The position numbers were made by a program, and so were the translations under genes. From an uncultured Acidobacteriota bacterium (GTDB lineage: Bacteria > Acidobacteriota > Vicinamibacteria > Fen-336): a stretch of DNA of 64,000 nucleotides. Positions 1 through 8,374 of this stretch are shown here, one piece after another; positions within the stretch are counted from its first letter, which is position 1, and every line of letters starts with the position of its first letter. The stretch is from contig OY970399.1 in NCBI GenBank assembly GCA_963720545.1, positions 3,424,001 through 3,488,000 of the forward strand. Direction: 5' to 3'. The notes under the pieces are model-generated. The model saw only the letters and a list, made by a program, of their open reading frames with translations. It was not told the origin of the DNA and made no database searches.

Positions 1-1
1 G

Positions 2-778
2 AAGCCGACCCAGGCCGAGGCGCTGCGCTACTACCGGCGTGTCACCGACACCTGCGGCGTCAACGTCGAGCTGAGGGTCGCCGTGGGTTCGGTCGAGCCG
101 GACACGCCGGGCTTCTCATTGGGCGTGCGCCGCAACGGTGAGGAAGAAACGCTCCGCGCCAGGAACGTCGTGGTCGCGACGGGTTACTACGACCATCCGA
201 ACCGCCTCGACATCGCCGGCGAGGACCTGCCGCACGTGAGCCACTACTACACCGAGCCGCACGGCCACTACCGCCGCGACGTGGTGGTCGTCGGTGGCAA
301 GAACTCGGCCGCGATCGCGGCGCTCGAGCTGTCGCGCGCCGGCGCGCGTGTCACGCTCGTGCATCGCCGGCCGGCGCTCGCCGCGTCGATCAAGTACTGG
401 ATCCGCCCCGACATCGAGAACCGCATCAGGGAGGGCGCGATTGCGGCGCGCTTCTCGTCCCGGCTCACCTCGATCGGCGAGCGCAGCGTCCTGGTCGCCG
501 GCGAATTCGGCAGCGAGACCGAAATTCCGGCCGACGCGGTGCTGCTCATGACCGGCTATCACCCCGACACGAGGCTCCTGACCTGCGCCGGCGCCGCGAT
601 CGATCCCGACACGCTCAAGCCGCGCCTCGACCCCGCCACCTTCGAGACCGATGTGCCGGGCCTTTTCGTCGCGGGCTCGGCGGTTTCGGGCCGGGAGACC
701 GGCCGCATCTTCATAGAGAACGGCCGGTTCCACGGCGAGGCGATCGTGAAGCGGATTACTTCTTCCGCGTCATCCTGA
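2..778 (+). CDS. ypdA: YpdA-family putative bacillithiol disulfide reductase (5'-truncated by window edge)
   Basis: Frame is open from position 2 (KPTQAEALRYYRR). Motifs VATGYYDHPN, GGKNSA, IKYWIRPDIENRI, MTGYHPD and FIENGRFH are typical of YpdA. Confidence 0.85.
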   Translation, partial: KPTQAEALRYYRRVTDTCGVNVELRVAVGSVEPDTPGFSLGVRRNGEEETLRARNVVVATGYYDHPNRLDIAGEDLPHVSHYYTEPHGHYRRDVVVVGGKNSAAIAALELSRAGARVTLVHRRPALAASIKYWIRPDIENRIREGAIAARFSSRLTSIGERSVLVAGEFGSETEIPADAVLLMTGYHPDTRLLTCAGAAIDPDTLKPRLDPATFETDVPGLFVAGSAVSGRETGRIFIENGRFHGEAIVKRITSSASS

Positions 779-1601
779 ACATCCGGCTGTCGCCGTCCGG
801 CTTGCCGCCGGAGAAGCTGGTCCATTCCGCGTCGTAGTGGTCGGCATCCTTCACGGCGATCCAGCCCTGATGGATGTGGCTGGTGGCGGCGCCGATGTTG
901 CTGCCGCCGGCGTAGCCGAACGTGAGCCTGCCGCCCTTCGTGTCCTCGAGCATCATGCGCGGCTGGTTGCCGCCCGAGCAGTAATGGGTGAGGACCAGGT
1001 TGGCGCCGTCCATGTGGTAGACGCTCATCATTTCGTCGGGCGTGCCGGGAAAGAGCGTCTCGGTGACGGCGCTGCCGCCGCCGGTGGTGCGGACCGAGAC
1101 TGTGACCCCGTCGGGGCTGAGCCAGTCGCCCTGCAGGCTCTTCAGCTGCTCGAACGCCTGCTGCGGCGTCGCGGATGCCTGGTCGTCGGCCGCGTAAACG
1201 GTCGCGCAGGCCGTCAGTGCCAGCAGCGCCCCGAGCGCGCGCACCGCGGACGCGCGGTACCGCTGCGTGGCGAAGCCGACGATCATGCCGACGAGCGCTC
1301 CCGGGATCATGATTTCCCAGAAGTACACCTTGCCAGTCGCGGGGTCGGCCGCGATCGCGATCGGATACGCGAGCGCCGCGCCCACCACCAGCCCGGCGAG
1401 GATGCCGAGCGGCAGCGAATTCACCTTGCGCGCGAACCAGCCGATGATGGCGCCGGCCACCAGCCCCTTGAAGGTTGAACCGACCACGATGGTCAGGATC
1501 TGCGGCTTCACCTCCGGAGCGGAGACGAGCGCGGTGAGACCGTCGAGGGCGCCGAGAACGGCGCCGAGCACCAGGCCGAAGAGCAGCTTGTTCATTCCCA
1601 T
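756..1601 (-). CDS. Hypothetical protein: N-terminal ~4-TM Gly-rich membrane domain fused to a secreted-type soluble domain
   Basis: Four hydrophobic helices, then a signal-peptide-like segment (RALGALLALTACATVYA), then a soluble domain with YHMDG...THYCSGGNQPRM. Confidence 0.7.
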   Translation of the reverse strand: MGMNKLLFGLVLGAVLGALDGLTALVSAPEVKPQILTIVVGSTFKGLVAGAIIGWFARKVNSLPLGILAGLVVGAALAYPIAIAADPATGKVYFWEIMIPGALVGMIVGFATQRYRASAVRALGALLALTACATVYAADDQASATPQQAFEQLKSLQGDWLSPDGVTVSVRTTGGGSAVTETLFPGTPDEMMSVYHMDGANLVLTHYCSGGNQPRMMLEDTKGGRLTFGYAGGSNIGAATSHIHQGWIAVKDADHYDAEWTSFSGGKPDGDSRMFRMTRKK

Positions 1602-1644
1602 GTCCCTCTGTTAACCGCAGCGCCCCGGTCCTTTAAAAACCCGC

Positions 1645-2574
1645 CTACGCCGGCCGCATGAACACCAGGAAGAGCAGGCGCACGATCAGGTACGCGGCGA
1701 TGAGCCCGACCGCGAGACGATACCTCGCCAGCCAGCGCAGCGCGCGCTCGGCCGGGTTTTCGCGGTACGCCGAAACCGCCTCGCCGGCGTCGAACAGCGA
1801 CACGTCGCGAAGCAGCGCCGCCGCCGAAGGGTAGCGCTCGGCCGGCGCCTCGGCCGCGGCCTTGCCGGCGATCGCCCGCAGCCGCTTCGGCACCTCGCCG
1901 CCCGCGAGCAGGTGCGCCAGGATGCCGCCCAGCGCATAGACGTCGGCGCGTTCGTCGATGGCGGGCGCGTCGGGCTGCGCCTGCGCCTGTTCGGGCGCCA
2001 TGTACCCGGGCGTGCCGAAGGCGCCCGAGCGCGCCCCGGCCGGCGCGTCGCGCCGGCGCGCCAGGCCCCAGTCCATGACCAGCACTTCGCCGAAAGCGCC
2101 CGTCATCACGTTCTGCGGCTTGAGGTCGAGATGCAGCACGCCGTGGGCATGGCAGAAGGCGACCGCCTCGCAGACGCGCACGAAGATGCGCAGGCGCTCG
2201 GCGAGGGGTGTGGCGGGCTCGAGCTGGTCGAGGCGCCGGCCGCTGACGCGTTGCATCGCGTAGAACACCCGGCCGTCCTGGAGCGTGCCGACGTCGTGCA
2301 CCGGCACGATGCCCGGGTGCTCGAGCGCCGCGATGGTGCGCGCTTCGCGCTGCATGCGGCTGCGCGCCGCGGCCGAGCTGTCCACGGTGTCCACGACCTT
2401 GAGCGCCACCTCGCGGTCGAGCTCGCGGTCGTGCGCAAGGTAGACGGTGGCCATGCCGCCGCGGCCGAGCGTGCCGAGGATCTCGTAGCGCGTGGCGCCG
2501 ACATCGGGCAGGTCGGCAACCTGCCGCAGCCGCGCCACCGCGGCATCGCTGAGCGGCGCCTTTGGCAGCGTCAC
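1645..2574 (-). CDS. Hanks-type Ser/Thr protein kinase with C-terminal TM helix
   Basis: LGRGGMATVY, VALK, HLDLKPQN, DWG, GTPGYMAPEQ, ADVYALG. Confidence 0.92.
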   Translation of the reverse strand: MTLPKAPLSDAAVARLRQVADLPDVGATRYEILGTLGRGGMATVYLAHDRELDREVALKVVDTVDSSAAARSRMQREARTIAALEHPGIVPVHDVGTLQDGRVFYAMQRVSGRRLDQLEPATPLAERLRIFVRVCEAVAFCHAHGVLHLDLKPQNVMTGAFGEVLVMDWGLARRRDAPAGARSGAFGTPGYMAPEQAQAQPDAPAIDERADVYALGGILAHLLAGGEVPKRLRAIAGKAAAEAPAERYPSAAALLRDVSLFDAGEAVSAYRENPAERALRWLARYRLAVGLIAAYLIVRLLFLVFMRPA

Positions 2575-2575
2575 T

Positions 2576-3325
2576 TCACGACACCTCGATGCCGAGGATG
2601 GCTCGCGCCTCGGCCCGGTACTCGGCCTCGCTGCCGGTGATGGAAGCGAGCGTCGCGAGCACGGCCTGGCGGAAGCGCGCGCGGCACCACGCGAGGTGGT
2701 TCGTCACCTGGGTCACGGCGATCCCGTGGCGCGCGGCGAGCACGGCGTAGCTGGGGCGCGCGGCGTTGTCCTCGGGTTCGAGGTCGTACGCCTCGAAGAT
2801 CGCGAACTGCACGTCCTTGCCGCGCGCCGCGCACTCGCTGCGCAGGCGACCCACCGCTTCGGCAAACAGGTGGCGCACCCATTCGCGGCGGAACAGCTCC
2901 TCGACGTCCGCGTCGGCCGCTGCCGGCTCGCGGCCGCGCAGTTCGCCCTCCGCGGTCGCGAAGTCGAGCGGCAGCAGCAACGCGCCGCCGCCGCGCTTCA
3001 AGCGCAGCTGTGCCTTGCGCGCGTTCTGCACGAAGCCGTCGATGCAGGTGCGCAGGTAGGTGCGGAAGCGCGCGCGGTCCTGGTCGTAGCGTGCGAAGAA
3101 GCTCTTCTCGAATGCCGCGGCGAAGAAGCCCTGCACCAGATCCTCTGCCTCCTCCTCGGCGGCGTGCCACTGCAGGCGCACGTACTTGTATGCCGGCTTC
3201 CAGTAGGAACCAACGATCGCTTCGAACGCGATGCGGCGCGCGGCGTCGTCGCCGTCGCGGGCCGCGGCGATCATCGAGCCGCGGGTCGCGGGGAATCCGC
3301 CGCCGGCATTGCGAGGCGGGATCAT
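2576..3325 (-). CDS. ECF sigma factor (kinase-associated type)
   Basis: N-terminal FPATRGS, YWKPAYKY, AEDLVQGFF, RFRTYL, KRGGG; stop lies 1 nt before the kinase start. Confidence 0.85.
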   Translation of the reverse strand: MIPPRNAGGGFPATRGSMIAAARDGDDAARRIAFEAIVGSYWKPAYKYVRLQWHAAEEEAEDLVQGFFAAAFEKSFFARYDQDRARFRTYLRTCIDGFVQNARKAQLRLKRGGGALLLPLDFATAEGELRGREPAAADADVEELFRREWVRHLFAEAVGRLRSECAARGKDVQFAIFEAYDLEPEDNAARPSYAVLAARHGIAVTQVTNHLAWCRARFRQAVLATLASITGSEAEYRAEARAILGIEVS

Positions 3326-3351
3326 GGCGGGGACAAGATAACATTCCGGGC
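3326..3351. promoter_or_regulatory. Overlapping divergent -10 elements, probable leaderless promoters for ECF sigma and pgpA
   Basis: Plus strand: TAACAT 3339-3344, 7 nt, GTG 3352. Minus strand: TATCTT (3340-3335), 9 nt, ATG 3325. No SD in the 26-nt gap. Confidence 0.5.
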
Positions 3352-3816
3352 GTGCAGCGCCTGGCGCAACTCATCGGCACCGGCCTCGGCTCCGGGTACT
3401 CGCGGTTCGCCCCCGGCACCGCCGGTTCGGCGCTGGGCGCGCTCATCCTCTGGCTGGGGTTCGCCGGCCGCCCCACCTGGACGCTCGGCCTCGCCTGCGT
3501 GCTGCTCTACCCGGTTGCCGTGTGGTCCGCCGGCGTCGTCGCGCGGCTGAGCGGCCGCAAGGATCCCGGCCTCGTCGTCATCGACGAGGTGCTCGGCATG
3601 TGGATCAGCGTGCTGGCCCTGCCCCTGACCGTGGCCAACATCGTGGCCGCGTTCTTCCTGTTCCGGCTGTTCGACGTGCTGAAGCCGCCGCCGTGCCGCG
3701 CGCTCGAGCACCTGCCGGAGGGCCACGGCATCGTTTGCGACGACGTCATGGCCGGCGTCTACGCCAACCTCGCCCTGCGCGTCGCGCTGCTGGTGCTGGC
3801 GGCCGCGGCGCGATGA
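3352..3816 (+). CDS. pgpA: Phosphatidylglycerophosphatase A
   Basis: APGTAGS, KDPGLVVIDEVLG, FRLFDVLKPPP, GIVCDDVMAG; GTG start at 3352. Confidence 0.92.
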   Translation: MQRLAQLIGTGLGSGYSRFAPGTAGSALGALILWLGFAGRPTWTLGLACVLLYPVAVWSAGVVARLSGRKDPGLVVIDEVLGMWISVLALPLTVANIVAAFFLFRLFDVLKPPPCRALEHLPEGHGIVCDDVMAGVYANLALRVALLVLAAAAR

Positions 3817-5060
3817 GGGCGGAGATCCTGGCGATTGGCAGCGAGCTGCTGGCGCCGGGGCGCATCGAGACGAATGCCGGCGAGATCACCCAGGCGCTGC
3901 TCGAAATCGGCATCGACGTGGTCGCGCGCAGCGTGGTGGCCGACGACGCCGTGGCGGTCACGGCCGCGTTCGCCACGGCGCTGCGCCGCGCCGAGGTGGT
4001 GATCTCGACCGGAGGCCTGGGCCCGACCGCGGACGACCTCACGCGTGAGGCGGCGGCGGCGGCGCTCGGCCGCAACCTGTACCGGGACCCGCAGGCGCTG
4101 CGCGACCTCGAGGAGCGCTTCGCACGCTTCGGCCGGGTGATGGCAGAGGTCAACGCGCAACAGGCCGACGTCATCGAAGGCGGCCGCCTGCTGCAGAACG
4201 CGAACGGCTCGGCGCCCGGCCAGTGGCTCGAGCACGGCGACCGCATCGTGGTGCTTTTGCCCGGGCCGCCGCAGGAGATGCGGCCGATGGTCCTGGAGCA
4301 GGTGATTCCGCCGCTGCGCGCGCGCGGCGGCTCGCGCGTGCTGCGCCGGCGGATCATGCGTATCGCCTCGATGGGCGAGAGCGACGCCGAGCAGGTGCTG
4401 GCGCCGATCTACAAGACGTACGACAACCCGCGCACCACCATCCTCGGCGGCGCGGGACAGGTCGAGCTGCAGCTGGTGGCCGACGGCGACACGCCCGCGG
4501 CAGCCGAGGAGCGGCTCGAGGCCCTGGCCGGGGCGCTGCGCGCGGCGCTGCCCGACCGCTTCTACAGCGAGGACGGCCAGGAGCTGCCGGAGGTCGTCGG
4601 CGGGCTGCTGCTCGCGAACCAGGCGACGCTGGCGGTGGCCGAGTCGTGCACCGGCGGCCTCATCGCCAAGCGGCTCACCGACGTGCCGGGATCGAGCGCC
4701 TGGTTCGAGCGCGGCTTCGTCACCTACTCGAACGCATCGAAGTCGGAAATGCTCGGCGTCGACGCGGGGCTCATCGCTTCGGCCGGCGCCGTTTCCGAAG
4801 CGGTCGCCGAGGCGATGGCGTCGGGTGCCCGCAAGCGCGCCCGCACCACCTTCGCGCTGTCCGTCACCGGAATCGCCGGGCCCGACGGCGGCAGCGACGA
4901 CAAGCCCGTCGGCCTGACGTTCCTGGCGCTCGCCGGCCCGCGCGCCACACGTACCCGCAAGGTACGCTTCATCGGCGACCGCATCCGCGTGCGCCGGCAG
5001 GCATCGCAGGCGGCGCTCGAGATGCTGCGCCGCACCTTGCTCGGCCTCGCGCCGTGGTGA
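3813..5060 (+). CDS. cinA: Competence/damage-inducible protein CinA (MoCF domain + NMN deamidase PncC)
   Basis: MRAEILAIGSELL, TGGLGPTADDLT, LPGPPQEM, AESCTGG, VTGIAGPDGG. Confidence 0.93.
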   Translation: MRAEILAIGSELLAPGRIETNAGEITQALLEIGIDVVARSVVADDAVAVTAAFATALRRAEVVISTGGLGPTADDLTREAAAAALGRNLYRDPQALRDLEERFARFGRVMAEVNAQQADVIEGGRLLQNANGSAPGQWLEHGDRIVVLLPGPPQEMRPMVLEQVIPPLRARGGSRVLRRRIMRIASMGESDAEQVLAPIYKTYDNPRTTILGGAGQVELQLVADGDTPAAAEERLEALAGALRAALPDRFYSEDGQELPEVVGGLLLANQATLAVAESCTGGLIAKRLTDVPGSSAWFERGFVTYSNASKSEMLGVDAGLIASAGAVSEAVAEAMASGARKRARTTFALSVTGIAGPDGGSDDKPVGLTFLALAGPRATRTRKVRFIGDRIRVRRQASQAALEMLRRTLLGLAPW

Positions 5061-5064
5061 GCGC

Positions 5065-5661
5065 GTGAGTGTGAGCCCGCTGCTGGTGCTCGCCGGCGGC
5101 TACCTGCTCGGGTCGATCCCGTTCAGTTTCCTGGTCGCGCGCCTGTTCGGTGTCGCGGACGTGCGCAAGGTGGGCAGCGGCAACGTCGGCGCCACCAATG
5201 TCGCGCGCACCGCGGGCAAGGGGCCGGGCCTCGTGGCCTTCCTCCTCGACGCGGGCAAGGGCGCCGCGGCGGTCGCACTCGCGGCGCGCTTCGCGGGATC
5301 GCCATGGCCGGTGTTCGCCGGCGCGCTCGCGGTGCTCGGCCACATGTTCCCGCCGTGGCTCGGAGGGAAGGGCGGCAAGGGTGTCGCGACCGGCGCCGGC
5401 GTCTTCCTGCCGATAGCGCCGTGGGCGGTGGCGGCGGCGCTCGCGGTCTTCGCGGCGGCGCTCGCGGTGACGCGCATGGTGTCGCTCGGCTCGGTCGCCG
5501 GCTGCCTGGTGCTGGCCGCGGCGATGTTCCTGCTGCGCGGCCCGGGCGCCGAAAGCTTCACCGCGGCAGCGCTCGCCGCGCTCATCATCTGGAAGCACAG
5601 GGGCAACCTCGGGCGCATCGCCCGCGGCGAGGAGCACAGGCTGGGGAGCGGCGGTTCGTGA
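5065..5661 (+). CDS. plsY: Glycerol-3-phosphate acyltransferase PlsY
   Basis: YLLGSIPF, GSGNVGATNV, GHMFP, GGKGVAT, KHRGNLGRI. Confidence 0.95.
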   Translation: MSVSPLLVLAGGYLLGSIPFSFLVARLFGVADVRKVGSGNVGATNVARTAGKGPGLVAFLLDAGKGAAAVALAARFAGSPWPVFAGALAVLGHMFPPWLGGKGGKGVATGAGVFLPIAPWAVAAALAVFAAALAVTRMVSLGSVAGCLVLAAAMFLLRGPGAESFTAAALAALIIWKHRGNLGRIARGEEHRLGSGGS

Positions 5662-6644
5662 AGGCAGCTGTCTTCGGCGGCGGCTCGTGGGGCAGTGCAC
5701 TGGCGATCGAGCTGCACGCGGCGGGCCACGCGGTTTCCCTGTGGATGCGCCGCGGCGACCACGCGCAGGAGGTCGCGAGGACGCGGCGCTGCGACCCGTA
5801 TCTTCCGGGCATCGCGCTGCCGGCCGAGGTACGGATCACCGCCGACCTGGCGGCCGCGGCGCACGGCGCGCAACTCGCCGTGGTCGCGGTGCCGTCCGAA
5901 TACTGCCGCGGCGTTTACCGGCAGCTGGCCCCGCACCTCGGCACCGCCGCCTACGTGCTGTCGGCCACCAAGGGCTTCGAGCTGTCCTCGCTGCTGCGGA
6001 TGAGCGAGGTGGCCGCGCAGGAGCTGCCGGGGCGCAGGATCGCCGCCCTGTCCGGTCCGTCGTTTGCGCTCGAAGTGGCGCGCGGCCTGCCGACCGCGGT
6101 GGTGGTGGCGTCGTCCGCTATCGCGACCAGCGAGGAGCTGCAGCGTGCCCTTGCGACGCGGGTATTCCGCGCCTACGCGAGCGGCGACGTGATCGGCGTC
6201 GAGGTCGCGGGCGCGCTCAAGAACGTCATCGCGATCGCGGCCGGCATCGTCACCGGCCTCGAGCTCGGCGACAACGCGGTCGCCGCCCTGATCACCCGCG
6301 GGCTCGTCGAGATCTCGCGGCTGGCGCGCGCCATGGGCGGGCAGGAAGAGACGCTCTCGGGACTTGCGGGCCTGGGCGACCTGGTGCTCACCTGCACCGG
6401 CAGCCTGTCGCGCAACCGGCGCCTCGGCGAGGAGCTGGGCCGCGGCCGTTCGCTTCCCGAGGCGGTGGCGGCGACGCCGATGGTGGCCGAAGGCGTCCGC
6501 ACCACCCTGGCGGCGTGCCAGCTGGCGGCCGCACACGGCGTCGAGATGCCCATCGCGGAGCAGATGAAGGGAGTTCTCCACGGCGCTCGCAACGTGCGCG
6601 AAGCGGTGGCCGAACTGATGACGCGCCCTTTGAAAAGGGAGTAG
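5658..6644 (+). CDS. gpsA: NAD(P)H-dependent glycerol-3-phosphate dehydrogenase
   Basis: GGGSWGSALA, LSGPSFA, GALKNVIAIAAG, GLGDLVLTCTGSLSRN; GTG at 5658. Confidence 0.95.
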   Translation: MKAAVFGGGSWGSALAIELHAAGHAVSLWMRRGDHAQEVARTRRCDPYLPGIALPAEVRITADLAAAAHGAQLAVVAVPSEYCRGVYRQLAPHLGTAAYVLSATKGFELSSLLRMSEVAAQELPGRRIAALSGPSFALEVARGLPTAVVVASSAIATSEELQRALATRVFRAYASGDVIGVEVAGALKNVIAIAAGIVTGLELGDNAVAALITRGLVEISRLARAMGGQEETLSGLAGLGDLVLTCTGSLSRNRRLGEELGRGRSLPEAVAATPMVAEGVRTTLAACQLAAAHGVEMPIAEQMKGVLHGARNVREAVAELMTRPLKRE

Positions 6645-6712
6645 AGTAAGTCCCTACGCTCCAATGACTAGGCGGTAAAATCCGCGTCCGCGCGGAGGGG
6701 GAAAGCGAAGGC

Positions 6713-8365
6713 TTGGCGGATCGATACCGGCTCATCTACCAAGGCGACCACGGGCCTGCGGAGCACGTTTTCGAGAGCGGCGAAGTGCTGATCGGCCGCT
6801 CGCCGGACTGCCAGGTCGCCCTCAAGGACTACGGCATCTCCCGCCACCACGCCCGCCTCGTGGTGGACGCCGAGGGCGTGCGGGTCATGGACCTCGCCTC
6901 CAAGAACGGCACGCAGATCAACGACGTGCTGGTGGTCGAGGCGCGCCTGCGCGACGGCGACAAGATCCTGCTCGGCAAGTTCCCGATCTTCTTCCGCAAG
7001 AGCCTCGACGGCAAGGTGGTGCTCGACGAGCGCAAGACGTTCCCGCAGGAGTCGGGCACCATCATCCGCAGTCTCGGCGACGTCCGCCGGCTGCTGGCCG
7101 AGCCCGGCAACGAGTCGGGGCGGCTGGTCGAGAAGCCGCTGGTCACCGACATCGGCGAGATCGAGAAGTCGAACCGCATCCTCAAGGTCCTCACCCAGGT
7201 GGCGCGCACCCTGATCGCCGTCGGCCCGGTCGAGGACGTGCTGCAGAAGGTCATGGCGATCCTGTTCGAGCAGTTGCCGGGCGCCGACCGCGGCTTCCTG
7301 ATGCTGCGCGACCGGCACACGAGCAAGCTGGTGCCGATGGTGGTCAAGTACCGCAGCTCCGAGAACGAGGCCGACCACGGGCGCATCACCATCTCGAAAA
7401 CGATCGCCGACCGGGTGCTCGCGGACAAGGTCTCGATCCTCACCTCAGACGCGCAGGTGGACCCGCGCTTCGGCGCCGGCGACTCGATCCGCTTCCACGG
7501 CATCCGCAGCGCCATGTGCGCGCCGCTCACCGCCAAGGACGAGGTCATCGGCATCATCCACGTCGACTCGCCGATGAGCACCAACTGCTTCACGCTCGAC
7601 GACCTCGACCTGCTGTCGGCGCTCGCCACCTACGCCGCCATCGGCATCGACCGCGCCAGCCTCAACGAGCAGGTGCTCGCCGAGGAGAAGAAGAAGGAGC
7701 GCCTCGGCCGCTTCCTCTCGCCGCAGGTCACGAACCGCATCCTCGCCAGCTCCGACACGGTCAACGCGCCGCTCGGCGCGCCGGAGGTGAAGGACGTGAG
7801 CGTGCTGTTCGCCGACATCGTCGGCTTCACCTCGATGTCCGAGAGCATGAGCCCGGCGGCGGTGGCGCTGATGCTGAACGACTACCTGTCGCGCATGACC
7901 GAGGTGATCTTCAAGTACGAGGGCACGCTCGACAAGTACATCGGCGACGCGATCATGGCGGTGTTCGGCGCGCCCATCGACATGCACGACCACGCCGCGC
8001 GCGCCATCCGCACCGCGCTCGAGATGCGCGAGCGCCTCGACGAGTTCAACGCGGAGCGGCACGGCGACCAGCCGCGCATCGCGGTGCGCATCGGCATCAA
8101 CAGCGGCAAGGCGGTTGCGGGCGAGATCGGCTCCATCAACAAGAAGGAGTACACGGTGCTCGGCGACACCGTCAACATCGCGAGCCGCCTCGAAAGCTCG
8201 GTGGCGCAGCCCGGCATGATCGTGGTGGGCGAGAACACCTACCACGCGGTCGGCGCCGAGTTCGACTTCGGCGCGCTCGGCGCGATGGCGCTGAAGGGCC
8301 GCACCCAGGCGATCTCGGCCTTCGAGGTGCGCGGCGTGCGCCGCGCGGCCGCCGCCGGAGCCTGA
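6713..8365 (+). CDS. FHA-GAF-class III adenylate cyclase
   Basis: FHA (IGRSPDC..ISRHHA..SKNGT), GAF (IRSAMCAPL), cyclase (FADIVGFT, DKYIGDAIM, YTVLGDTVNIASRLE). Confidence 0.9.
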   Translation: MADRYRLIYQGDHGPAEHVFESGEVLIGRSPDCQVALKDYGISRHHARLVVDAEGVRVMDLASKNGTQINDVLVVEARLRDGDKILLGKFPIFFRKSLDGKVVLDERKTFPQESGTIIRSLGDVRRLLAEPGNESGRLVEKPLVTDIGEIEKSNRILKVLTQVARTLIAVGPVEDVLQKVMAILFEQLPGADRGFLMLRDRHTSKLVPMVVKYRSSENEADHGRITISKTIADRVLADKVSILTSDAQVDPRFGAGDSIRFHGIRSAMCAPLTAKDEVIGIIHVDSPMSTNCFTLDDLDLLSALATYAAIGIDRASLNEQVLAEEKKKERLGRFLSPQVTNRILASSDTVNAPLGAPEVKDVSVLFADIVGFTSMSESMSPAAVALMLNDYLSRMTEVIFKYEGTLDKYIGDAIMAVFGAPIDMHDHAARAIRTALEMRERLDEFNAERHGDQPRIAVRIGINSGKAVAGEIGSINKKEYTVLGDTVNIASRLESSVAQPGMIVVGENTYHAVGAEFDFGALGAMALKGRTQAISAFEVRGVRRAAAAGA

Positions 8366-8374
8366 GGCAAGCCC

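Noticed and set aside
6645..6712. Riboswitch upstream of the adenylate cyclase
   Set aside because: Too short and no recognisable aptamer; TAAAAT and GGAGG are explained as -10 and SD.
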